Positions 41,001 through 52,732 of a stretch of DNA of 64,000 bases are shown here, piece by piece. Origin of the DNA: Perna viridis (lineage: Eukaryota). How positions within the stretch are numbered: position 1 is the stretch's first letter; each line of letters begins with the position of its first letter. The position numbers and the translations under genes are program-made. Where the stretch lies: contig CM074520.1 in NCBI GenBank assembly GCA_037379345.1, positions 930,001-994,000 of the forward strand, written 5' to 3'. The notes beneath the pieces are model-generated. The model had not been told where the DNA came from. It ran no database searches and was given only the letters and a program-made list of their open reading frames with translations.

Positions 41001-42612
41001 CAGTGTTGGCTGCTCTGCTGATATAGTTCAGTTGTATAAGGTTAGTGATTCAAGGATTGAGGCTAGTGTTGGCTGCTCTGTCAATAAAGTTCAGTTTAAA
41101 AAAGTCTGTAATGGTGAAGGATAACAGTCAGTAAAACCTTTTCAAAAAGTGTTTAAACAATAAAATAGTTATGTTTAAAATACATGTAAGAGAAAACTAG
41201 GAGTTTCTTTAACAATTTGTGTTAAAACACATTCACCATCTAATCAAAATAGAATTGTAATCATGAAATGTTCAATAAAAGCGACATTAAATCAATTAAA
41301 TCGATTATAAAATACAATAAAAAAAAACGTTATTTTATTCTCAAACTTTACATGTAAGATTTCAAAATGACATAAAGTTGTATAATTATGACCATGTTCT
41401 ATCAAGTTTCATTCGTAGTCCCCTTCTGGTTTATTCCAGGTCCCTGTACCTCGTATCCATCTTTAGGTTTATTTTGTGGTGAAGATAAACCTACTTACAC
41501 TCAGTCAAGTGGTCTGTATGTTCTAATCATGTTTACAACAGACAGTACAGTTAACTACAAAGGATTCAATATATCCTACTATCTCCAGAAAAGTAAGTAT
41601 TGATCGGCGTAAATTTAATGAACATTTAAAAAAACATGGGTATTGTTATCTTACAAAATTCCACGGCTAAAAAGTCGTATATTCAGACAGACAACGTCAA
41701 AAGAAATATCGACAAAGAATACCAGATCAACTAACAGAAAAACAAATGACATCAGGTGCCCCGGAAGGGTATGCATGTCCTGATACCTATTTTTTTTTTA
41801 AAGAAGTATCACATGTTAAAATATTTACTGTCTCAGATTTAAGAAGAAAAGTAACGTGTTTTATAGTTTCTTCAAAGTGTTTTATACAGTTTAAAGTGGT
41901 TTAAGGTTTTTTTTATATCATTACTGAACCCCTCTGTAATTTAATAACGATAGATGAGATCCTCTCTCTTGTTAACACATACTTTGTCTTGGTCTATCAA
42001 ATATATACAGCTCACAAAACTGCAACTAACTTCTGATATTTAAGAAGTATTACACTATGTAAATAGTTCTAAGAATCTACGTTAATTAACAGCATCATAT
42101 GTCTTTAGGTACATTACAATGCCGCGTGTAGAGCTAAAGACTATAGTTGGTTAATAAGAAAAAATCAAATTCATTAACCACAAAAGGAAATTCCATGCTT
42201 CCTTAAATATTCAATTTATAGAAAAAAAACCATAATATTTCTTGACTTGTTAAACATATTTTTATTAACTTTGATATGTGTTTTTTTTATTCCAGCCCAG
42301 TCAGAAGGATTCAGTAAATTACAGATACTAGGTATTATCCTGGGTGTTGTATTTGGTTGTATAGCACTAGGAATAATCAGCTTCCTGCTTTATAAATTCG
42401 TTATAGCAAAGAAACTGAAACGAGTCGGTTCATTGACATCGCTCAGGAGTCGAAGGTCCTCGTCGTCTTCGTCGTCCAGTTCAAGTAGTGATGACGAAAG
42501 ACCAGTATCAAAGAAGTTTAAGAAATTAAGACCTTTGACAGCTAATGTTGGTAGAGTTGTTCTAATGCCGAAGAAACCTCAACTTCCACCGATAAAAACT
42601 TCGAAGATATAA
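32045..42612 (+). CDS. Four-CUB-domain type I membrane protein (643 aa)
   Basis: Exons 32045-32102, 32784-32889, 33871-33992, 34806-34961, 35227-35320, 35966-36087, 36822-36995, 37261-37387, 37619-37740, 38787-38942, 39266-39362, 40211-40338, 41440-41592 and 42296-42612. All are GT-AG, total 1932 nt in frame. Signal-like MERKCKLLVFFGFIGIYHEVSG. Four CUB repeats (e.g. YLSSPGW..NMDCRWTL..FEGSPGCAYDYLGIYDG..LKSDFSVNYAGF), each encoded by three exons. TM ILGIILGVVFGCIALGIISFLLY followed by a basic, Ser-rich tail. Confidence 0.92.
36503..36729 (+). mobile_element. Penelope-like 3' end, truncated copy in CUB gene intron
   Basis: ggtgtttctagagaagcagaggacgcttcccctaccggtgcacctgg...cccttgattactctt. 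Confidence 0.75.
37451..37528. repeat. Tandem duplication of ~36 nt
   Basis: aaagtagtagaaggactaagacaatgatcaaattg occurs twice. Confidence 0.85.
40278..41104 (+). repeat. Minisatellite, ~64-nt unit, 13 copies; unit = last ~60 nt of exon 12 plus splice donor
   Basis: The t(a/t)taaagg landmark recurs at 40332, 40397, 40461, 40524, 40588, 40652, 40716, 40780, 40844, 40908, 40972, 41035 and ~41097. The first copy is coding (DSRIEASVGCSADKVQLFK|G). Confidence 0.96.
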
Positions 42613-43187
42613 TTTACTTATCGAGGGCGATAATTGTTTATATAATGTTGACCATTTGAATGTTATGAAGACACGATAGTAGTGTTTTATATAGAAGCAT
42701 TTCACACCAGTTGTCTTTCACGTTGTTAATCATACTCTTAATCTGTCTGTGTTTATACAATCAATTACATATCATAAGCAGTGTTCAATAAAAGATATAT
42801 ATATATATATTGAGTTGTTTTTAAGTTATATATAACAGAACGCTCTTGTTTGTAAATAAAATCAAGATCAATACTAAAAAATTGAAAAACAAATGAAGTA
42901 AAAACGACGAACACACAGCCTATAAACCCTAATACACAGGGAAAACTGAAAGTTTTAGATTATTTATTATATGTTCATAATCACAAAACTTGTATTTTAT
43001 TTGTTCCGAAATCAAATTAACAACACGTTAATGTAAGGACAAACTTAATGATAATATGCATCCTTTAAATAAAACATCAGGTGGATACTAAGCTGTTTTT
43101 TAACTAGATGACAAGTTTTTATGGTAGACAAAACTACCAACTTCTTCTATGGTGGTGTTCTTTGTTTTCAATTATATTGATGTCTCC

Positions 43188-43382
43188 CATTCATTTTGAT
43201 TTATCAATTATATTTATGTAATTCATTCATTTGGATTTATCAATTATATTTATGTAATTCATTCATTTTGATTTATCAATTATATTTATGTAATCCATTC
43301 ATTTTGATTTATCAATTATATTTATGTAATTCATTCATTTTGATTTATCAATTATATTTATGTAATTCATTCATTTTGATTT
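43188..43382. repeat. Minisatellite, 36-nt unit, ~5.3 copies
   Basis: Unit attcattttgatttatcaattatatttatgtaattc. Confidence 0.95.
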
Positions 43383-45160
43383 AGAGAATGAAGTATAATA
43401 ACAGAGTTACCTAACAGATAATATCTAGACAGTTGTCAAAAAGAAAGTTTGTATAATAAATGGCAATATCAAGGTAAAAACCGGAGTGTTGGAAAATCAT
43501 CACAATGGTCACACATTCAATTTAATTTGGAGAAGTAGAGCATGTTTTTGTCTAATAATGATAAATACAGTGAAGCAGGGATGGTGGTAATTTGTTTTGT
43601 ATTGAAATTATTTGAATTAGATCTTTTCAGCAGTGTATTGTGTAAGTATACTTCAAGGGTATTATGGTGATTTTTCACTTCAAAATAGAGGCGTATTATG
43701 ACATGGTAGAAAATGAAGGCGTAATGACATGGTAGAATATGCATTTAATTAACAGTAACAATGATGATTGGATCAAGCTTAACAAAAAAAAATTACATCA
43801 TGATTAAATAATAAAAAATGTTAAACCAAAAAATATATCCAACATTCCAAATTATATCAGCATCCTCTTGAGTTATCATAGTTAGTTCTTACATTTAGAA
43901 GTAATTATCACTAGTCATAACAGGGTTCTACTTAGGGTTGCATAATTATTATCATTAAAAAAAAAATATTTTAAAGTTTTACAGACTTATATCAACTTGT
44001 TATCTTAAGAGAACAGGGCAGTAGAAATCTCAAAGATGTAAAAATAAACAAAATTACACAAGTTATTTGAAACAATCCACTTACCTTAGGTAAACAGATT
44101 CTTCCAAGACTAATTCACAACTTTGCCATTTTATTTTGGTTGGAATGCAATTAAAGAAATATGCTTTATTATTTATTTTTTTTTTTTTTAGAAAATCCTG
44201 AGGAGCTTTATTATTTCAAATATAAGGTGATTGATTGATTATTGGGGTTTAACGCCCGAGCATCAATATTCAGGCAATCAAACACTTATAACTTATATAT
44301 ATTATACTATTACATTGTATTTTAAAAAGGATTCAAACCTTGTCAAAGACACATCTGACTACTTAAATTGACTTAAGTAAATGAAAAAAAATCAGTGATA
44401 GCTTTTATATATTTCGAACCAAAAAGAAAACTGTAAAAATGTCTAAAAGCATAATACATTAACACATATAGACACTCAAACTGTCAGAAAATACTATCAC
44501 AAAAAAAGTTTCAATGGCAAAATATCTGACCAAAGACCATGCCATTATAATTATATACATTGTATATATATATTATCATAAATAATATCACAATCTTAAT
44601 TTTATGGCATTATTTCTTCATCAGAAAAAAATAAATAAAACACAAAGAGCACAATTAACTAATTAAACCCTAACAGTATTATATCACAATCATATAGAAA
44701 TATCATAAATAAGGTTAACAAAACAAATTAACATTAATATGAAATGTCCAGGGGAGTATTGCCTTAAATAATTCAAGTTTTTTTTAACTAAATTAAATTC
44801 AATTTCAAGTCAGTGACAGGGTTGAAGCCAAAGGGAAGTAACACCTGTGTAATAATAGAGAAAAAAAAATTACAAGATTGGAGAACTTTCAAAACAGATG
44901 TTCAACATGATTAAATGCAAAACTAAAACAAAATCTGATCTTAAAAAGCATAAAACTGACTACCATCTACCTTACAAAGCAAACTAGATGATTCTTTAAG
45001 TCAGCTAAATTGACCTTTAACCTGGAGAATCATCTATGATGGTTTATCTTTTCTAGAGAATCATAACATAAATGCCCATGTTCTTTATGATTCTCCATTT
45101 ACATACAGTAGTAAACAATAATGATAACAAACAAAAAAAAAGATCACAGTTATCTCCCCT

Positions 45161-48100
45161 TCAATCATCATCTCTAGGTTTCTTCTTCTGTTTAGATGAA
45201 ACATTCATCTTGGCCCATGTACCAGCTGTCATCCGATCAGCCTTGGTGACACGACTGAAGTCCAGACTTTCTAAATGTGGAAGCATTGACAACACCGCCT
45301 GTCTGTAACCCTATAAGTGTACATTGTAACTATTGAAATGTTTAGGTAGTCTTCATTATTTGATTAATAATTTTGTTTAATTCATTTTAGTTATAAACAG
45401 GATATTGATGTAACTGATAACTAATAACTAATATTATTTTTCTACATTTGATGTTACTATAAATTCAGTAATAACTTGTTTTGTTTACAGAATTTGAATA
45501 CCATAATTTTGATATTCTAGATATTTAAATCTGATTTTAGTTAAACACCTGAAGAGATTTGAAAATGTAACTACCACCAACTTATAGCAAATACTTAGTC
45601 ATGTATTTGTGAAATATTAAGTTTTGAGGGGCTTTTTAACATCTACATAAATCACAAAATATTTTCCTCTCTCTAACATTGTATTCAACTTTAATCTAAT
45701 TATTACCTGAGTGGAAATTTGCACACAATAAAAACATGTAATAGAACAATATTTTCTCATACAAGTAGATGGTATCATGTAAACCAAAAAAAGATTGAGA
45801 GAATGAAGAAAATCTTCAGTGTTATTTTTTTAAATTTTCATAGTCACAAATCTATTTCATTTAGCAAGTAGTTCATGATATTGAGGGTCATATGCTCCCC
45901 CCCCTAAAAAAAGAAGTTAGCTTGAATGAAACTAAGGTCCATTTCATTTTTTTTGGGTGCATGAACTGGTCCATACATGTATATTGCAATTAGATCAATG
46001 ATATCATGAACTTTTGTCATATTATACTTTTCACATGTAGTTTACTCTGGAGTTTTCATGTGGAAAAAAAGAAAATCAAGCATCATTTGTTAAATCACTA
46101 CATCACATTCTTAATTTGAAAGGGAGGTGTTCCATAAAATATTATATGGACTGGAAAATATATCTAAGAAAGTAAATAAATAAAAATTATTAATTATGAA
46201 ATTAATATGATATTAAACTTGATTAAATTAATTAAATAGCAGCACTGACCTTGATATTTTCTACAGGGTTTCCATGTAAAGTTAATTTTCTCAAACTTTT
46301 AATGGTATTTAATTTTTCCACTTCCTTTAAATCTTTGATCATATTGCCATGCAGATATAATATCTGTAAGTTCTCAAATTGTGTTATTACCTACAAATAC
46401 AAAGAATATTTTTTCTATAATTCAGAATTTTATCTGCCATAAACATTTTACAACTTTCAATGACAATGTAAACAACTGCACAATTTTCTTCACATTGAAA
46501 GCGGGACACATAACACATTTGAGCCTTTACTTATGGCAATAAAAATACAAGCAAATGGTTTGATTTGAGCTTTTTTTAAATGAACAGTTTAGTCAACATG
46601 GTATATATTTTTTCTCTGTTGCTGAAACTAAAGGGTCATAGGTGAAAACTTTTAGACAAAAACTTTTACATGTACATTTGTAAATTAAGCTTACATGTAT
46701 TTTTTAAAGAACACATAATTGGTTATGAACACTCCTACAGAATAGTAAGGATGAGGGGGAAATGTTCCTGAAAAAACCATCTGAGCTGTCATCTACAAAA
46801 ACAACAACAAGAGGTACTCACAGGGTGTATGTTTGTTAGTTCATTAAATGACAAATCAAGCCAGCCCAACTGTTGTGGGTCTTGGAATTTTTCAGCAACT
46901 GTCTCCATCAAAGCACCCACTTCTGACAATGTGTTATTGTTTAGTCGTAAACATTTACTGGCTGACTTTCCTTCATCTGTTTGTTGGGGTTGTCTCCCTT
47001 TTCTAGGAGATTCTCTTGGTTCTTCCACTTTCACATCTATAAATAAAACATATTATATCAAATCCCCCTAGGATCTATGATTAATACTTATCACGCTATC
47101 AAAGAATGTTTTCTGAACAGAGGTAGATTGGGGTGAATAATTATGAATAATAAAATAATTTGTTGTCTTCAATGTTTAGCAAATTCTGAGAAAAATGAAA
47201 TTTTAATTGTGATCTGGCAAGTGAAAGTATTCATCTAATATTCATCCTGTTTTATTTTTATAATTTATTCAAGATTTTTTTCATCACATATTGACAGTTA
47301 ATTTAGTTAAAACAGATGTGACATTGATTTATTTTCCTGTAGGTTTTATATTCCATATCAGCACAAATCAGGTAAAAAAAATATGTTCAACATGCTAAAA
47401 ATAGGATTTTAATGAGTGATATACCCCCACTTTATGGTGAAAAAAGGGAGATAGCAAAATGTTCAAAATGGCCTCAATCCAAAACTGCATTTCAGATTTT
47501 GCTGAAAATTGAAATTCACCTGTATTTTACAAAACAAATCAACTTTGCAAAGTTTAAAAAAAACCAAAAAAAAACCAGATCTCTTCTCAAGTTACCATCT
47601 GAAATCATTGGGGTGGACAGACATACAGACACACAACTATTTGGAAGGTATCACAAAATATCTAACCACTTCCTGTGGCAGGGTATAAAAATGAAGGAAA
47701 ACATTTGTCAAATTTCCCCATAATAAGAAATAAGCATCTTCAATATGTATTTAAACACTGTGCAAAGTTTGAATAATATTGATACAATATCTATTTTACT
47801 AAGTTTAGTTACTGATTACACAAAGTAGGTACCCCTAACGTAATGGATGGACAGATGAAGGCTAGCATCTACTAAACCATAGGTGACATAGGTAAAAAAT
47901 TAAGAAGAGACTATTACAATATACATGTACACATTTTCTGTGTAAAGAATCTTAAATGCACATCCAAATTACAAAAATATTACCATTAACATTAGAAACT
48001 CTGTAAAATGAAAAGTCTAGTGGTGGTACTATGTCATTGTTAGTATCAATAGCTGGTACCCTTGTTGTTTTCTGTTTACTGGCATTATAAGGTACAACAC

Positions 48101-49513
48101 TGAAAAACATACATACATAAAAATAAGTTAAGTCTAGAACTAGAACAGACCTATACATGTAAGGTTTCTCTGATAAATTAATTATAAAGTAACAGTTGAA
48201 ACAACATAAGAAACTACCGGTAAATAGAGTTTTGAGTACAGTACAATGTTTCACTGGTTTTTGTTTCATATATGATGCTTGTAAAGATTTGAGCAAAAGT
48301 TTGCCAGATGATTCTGTTTTGATTTTGGAGATTTTAATATTATTGTATAACTCCTGGTTTTCAAACCTAATCAACTCTATTCCAAGTACATAGTACACTG
48401 CTGAAAATCAAGCTATTTAATGTTGGAAACAAGTAAGCTCTCAAATGTATGGAAAATTGTTGGCAAAATTGTGCATATAAACCACTTAGAGAGTTCTGTC
48501 AGGTTTTGATATCCAGTAAAAATCATATCAATGCTCTAAAAGTACCATGACATCAAGTGTTTGATATACTTAGACATAGATTTGTGACGGAAAACACTTG
48601 ATTCTTCACAGAAATATCATCGAAAACTTATCTGCATATATGCGACTATTAATGGCTTCCTGAAACTGTGTTCACATTTAATAAACTAAAGTTTTCTATT
48701 TGTGTTTTATACTATAGTTGGACTAAATATTTGATAGCGGGAGAAAGCCCATGTGCTTGAAAATGGACGGATCTTACGTTGGACAGACACAGGACAAGTC
48801 ACAGAAGTTATGATGACTGGTGCCAAAGTCGATTCATCGGCCTTACCAGATGTTTTAAAAATTTGTAATAAAATCTTGGGTGAAAATGTAAATATCCCGC
48901 ATGTTAAACAGTAAATCAGTGCTCATGTATGGGATATTCTTCAAATTTTAGTTTCTACAAAGAAGAGTGGAGCAGTGTAAATGGACATGTTTCACGTGTA
49001 AGGAGAAATTGTCTGACCAAGACCCACTAGCTTGTGATTACTGTCTAGAATGGCAGCATTTTAATTTTAAATGTGCGTTTCTTTCACGATTCTGTGTGTT
49101 ATTAACAATAACCGGATGTGTAGACGAGCAGCCACTGCCATATATTAAGGACTAGAATTCTACATGACAGAATAGGGGTTTCTGGTACAATCATTTCTCT
49201 TATCATATGTTCATCCTGTAAGCAGATAACAGCCTTGACAGTTTTGCCATGAAAATCTCCTTCATTTTCTATAAGTGCTTTGCCATGGCCTTGGACTTGG
49301 CTTTGGGTCGCTGGGTCATCTTCAGGGATTTCACGCACACACAGAAAATTCCATAAGAATAAACGAGTTGTTAAAAAGGTAAAAGAATTGTTTCCTATCT
49401 GTTCAAATCTACCCAACAGCTATGCATACTTTTTGTTACACTAACCCGAAACAAAATGAAAATTCAAATTTGAAATTTGACCTAGATTTGTCTTACCAAG
49501 TATTGGCGCTCAT
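45161..49513 (-). CDS. LRRC51: Leucine-rich repeat-containing protein 51 (212 aa)
   Basis: Minus-strand exons 49513-49497 (MSANT), 48099-47984 (..PPLDFSFYRV), 47036-46822 (EEPR..CLRLNNNTL..LGWLDLSFNELTNIHP), 46390-46250 (LQILYLHGNMI..LRKLTLHGNPVE) and 45310-45161 (GYRQAVLSML..LDFSRVTKADRMTAGTWAKMN). Total 639 nt in frame; motifs are collinear with vertebrate LRRC51. Confidence 0.93.
47412..47691 (+). mobile_element. Helentron-associated non-autonomous element (HINE-like) fragment
   Basis: Ends with a ggacagacatacagacac microsatellite, a ccacttcctgtgg hairpin and gggtataaaaa, the layout typical of bivalve HINE elements. Confidence 0.5.
48760..49080 (+). mobile_element. Degenerate DNA-transposon (MULE/SWIM-type) fragment with C-terminal PHD finger, antisense within LRRC51 intron 1
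   Basis: Broken frames read ILGENVNIPHVKQ*ISAHVWDILQILVSTKK, then KWTCFTCKEKLSDQDPLACDYCLEWQHF..KC (C4HC-type PHD). Contains a stop and a frameshift. Confidence 0.55.
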
Positions 49514-49653
49514 GGTTGAAACACGATGATGACGTGTTTATTACTGTATCTGTAAATATTTCACTTTCATAAAAAGACGATTTTAACTATACAAACGCCT
49601 GTAATACTACAAATCAAACAAATAAATATCACTTCTTTCCATCCGCCATGAAT

Positions 49654-49668
49654 GTTGTCAAGAACAAC
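49654..49668. promoter_or_regulatory. Candidate RFX X-box upstream of LRRC51
   Basis: GTTGTC-AAG-AACAAC fits GTHNYY-N(0-3)-RRNAAC. It lies ~140 nt upstream of the ATG of a cilia-associated gene. Confidence 0.4.
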
Positions 49669-50085
49669 TAAGCGTCTAATTACAAAAAATAAGCGGAATC
49701 AGCTGTGAATAATTTCCGGAATTTCTGATCATTTCGTACCAAAACTATTTCGTATGAAATTCAATTTTAACTAATCCAATCATGGTCCTCCAGGGGACTT
49801 TTATATTCATCATTAATATCCATCAAATGACATTATAAAATATTACACAATAACACAATATAGAGACATAGTACAATAGATGTATCTTTGAATGTTTGTA
49901 GTCTAAAGTGAGATGTCACTACAGAAGTTTGACTTTAAATTAGATTTCAACTACATATCAAATATCTGTAATAAGCAGCTCGACAACTAAATGTCTTGAC
50001 ACGAATAGGCACATACTTAAAAAACATTCACAACTCACAATTTATTACTCATTTATAATTTCTAATCTCAGCTACTGTCCCCTAG

Positions 50086-51203
50086 TATGGAAACAAGACA
50101 CTTCGGCACCAGGGCAAATCGGTACCTGTTTCACATGAGAGTCTGACACCTAGACAAATCGGCATCGGGACATTTCGGCACCAATATTCGTTTTTTTTTT
50201 AATAAAACTAGTTTAAAAATGAACAAATATGTTTTTTTCAAAGATTATACAGATTTTTTCAAGAAAAACCTCTATGATTAAGAATTAATTACTAATTACT
50301 TTATGAATAGTTATTTGTCAACAATAGCCTTCCTTTCACAAATCACTTAATTAAGAACTGTTAATTAAAAATTATTATAATCAAGAACCAATTATCAGTC
50401 ATAACTAACTGATTTAAATGTGTAGCTTATATTTGTGTTTCTAGTTTGTTTGATCTCAAAAGTATAATAATGTATGGTATTAAAAATATCTCGTTAGATC
50501 GAAAGGGGAATGATTGTTTTTATTAATGAAGCCACAAAGAAAAAAAATGAGTACAAGCCCAGGACATAAAAAAATGAAAGGACTTCGGAAGTTACCATCA
50601 GTTTCACAATGTCAGACGATTGTAACAAAACTGTCCGTCCACGACAAGAAGCCCTTCAGTGTGAAGGATGTCAAAGATGGCAACAAAGAACATGCAACAC
50701 AGGTAAGTTGTACTTAAGCAATTACATTCCTACCTTTCTGCGAACATAAAAGCACAAATGTTTGGTTACCTATTATTGTTCATAGTTGATGTTTAAATAC
50801 GTACATCAAAGTTACATTTCAGTTACTAATTTATTCTGAAAGAAGAAACAATAAACAAGATCCTCAATCAGTTTCACGTCTGCTTATGTATGTTATGTAC
50901 CATAATATAGTTGTATATAGATCATTGTCTACATGTAACTTTAAAATAAGTCAATCATTTCAGTTTCATGAATGTTTTAAATATTCTTTCCTAATATTTC
51001 AGGTAAACACAGAAGAAACATCTTTAGTAGTTAACCAGTTTTTTGTGTTTCAAGAGCCAGTTCAAGAAGATTCCATTGCAGACGATTCCATCGGTGAAAT
51101 TCCAGATGACGACCACTCAGTTCAGTACCAGGTGATTGAGGAGTGTAGCAGCAGTGGCAAGCGCAAGCTATGTGGCACTGACGGTTTTAGTTACGCAGTA
51201 AAG
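50086..51203 (+). mobile_element. 5' part of an intron-containing MULE-like transposon (PHD exon plus start of FLYWCH), degenerate
   Basis: Subterminal repeats gacacttcggcacc/gacatttcggcacc at 50097-50183. Exon 50609-50702 reads MSDDCNKTVRPRQEALQCEGCQRWQQRTCNTG|gtaagt (damaged PHD). Exon 51003-51203 ends YQVIEECSSSGKRKLCGTDGFSYAVK|gtag. Confidence 0.65.
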
Positions 51204-51389
51204 GTAGGTGATTACAACATACATTTAATTAAAATCAGCAGATGTGGTTCAATTGCAAATGAAACAAATATCTTATAGCCAAAACTACCATATGTATAAA
51301 TAAAAAGATGTGACATGTATGCATACAATCAGATGTGTTTTAAACAAATATTTCCGAATAAAACATGTAGACCGATATAAAAATGAGAC

Positions 51390-51800
51390 ATGCCATATCT
51401 AGAAAAACGTAGAAGGACATTAGAGACACTAATATTTAACAACTCTGGTACTAAATTTCTACATGATTTGGTTGATATTAAAAATAATTCTTACAATTTT
51501 AGGTACAAATGCATACTTGAAATTCCACTCCCGAGAACAACAGGGTACGGTAAGAGAAGTTTTGGGTACGAGGCAGCAAGAATCTGGAATTCCTTGTCAA
51601 ACGATGCAAGGAATCTATCTACTTTTGAACATTTTAAAAGTTTCATATTTTGTCGTTTTTCTGAAGAGTGCTCTCGCAGTGTCTGCTGATATTCTTAGTG
51701 CTTGCTGTCATGTGGCCATTCTCTCAAATCTGCTTAAATGTTGATTTCATTTTGTTTACTGCCTTTTATTTATTTATCAGTGATTTAGTTTATGTGCTGC
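51390..51800 (+). mobile_element. 3' end of non-LTR retrotransposon (CR1/L2 group) ORF2
   Basis: LHDLVDIKNNSYNFRY..LEIPLPRTTGYGKRSFGYEAARIWNSL..FEHFKSFI matches the typical post-RT C-terminus (YG..SF...A..WN.L...FK). Confidence 0.75.
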
Positions 51801-51803
51801 TTT

Positions 51804-52020
51804 CATTGGATATACATGTAGTAACCGCGGGTCTCGCAGGTTTCCGATTACTTCAAGCAAGGGCATATCATATGGTTGATGCGTTATTCTACAAAAAGTA
51901 AGTAATACTTTATAAGTTTATTAATTACTTTTGCAGAATAGATCATCATCCAAATGATATGTCTTTCCTCGAAGTAATCGGAATCTGCATCTGCGAGTCC
52001 CGCGATTACTATATCCAATG
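51804..52020. repeat. ~215-bp near-perfect palindrome (foldback element)
   Basis: Left arm cattggata..gtaaccgcgggtctcgcag..ttccgattacttc..catatcatatggttgatg..tattctacaaaaagtaa mirrors right arm ttacttttgcagaata..catcatccaaatgatatg..gaagtaatcggaa..ctgcgagtcccgcgattactatatccaatg. Confidence 0.9.
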
Positions 52021-52732
52021 AGAAACCTTCTTACAAAATCGTGATGAGCGAAATCATTTGCATATCCAAAGGATATCTGTAACTAATTTCACTAATTTGC
52101 ATAAAAATGACTTTTATGACACAAATTTAACTTCTGTGTTAAATTGCATGCAAAAGTGACAGAATTCGATTTTGAAAAGAAAGAAGGATGAATTTTGTGA
52201 CGAAATTGAATTCTTGCATAATATTTCTCAGTTCACAGAATCCAAACTAAACTAAATTGCATACACAATTGACTTTTGTTACCCAATATCCAAATTAGGC
52301 AACAGAAGTAAAGTCTGTGATACAAAAATGAACTTTGTCATGACAAAAATAAATTTTGTCCACTGAAAGATTACTTTGTATGACATAATTTAAATTTGTA
52401 GTATATTATAAATTTTGTTAATCTGAACTCATATTTTGTTGAACAAAATTCACTTTTGTCTGTACAAAATTGAATTTTGAGTACAAAACCACTAGAGTCC
52501 CATTCGACGGCTCGTAATTACTGTGTCTATTTGATTCACTGGACACCATAAAAATGTAAAAGTTGCATGTATACTTCATGCACCCAACTTTCGATGGAGA
52601 TCATGGTGCCTAGTAAATTAAAAAAAAATCCGTTCGTTGTCTTCTTGGGATTTGTCTCTAGTGTATCTGCCGCGTTTTTTTCTTGACATGAGAATTTTTA
52701 TTTTGGTTGATTTGTAGTTGTTTGACAACTCA

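Noticed and set aside
49102-49416. 104-aa minus-strand ORF in LRRC51 intron 1
   Set aside because: No recognisable domain, and the LRRC51 model is complete without it.
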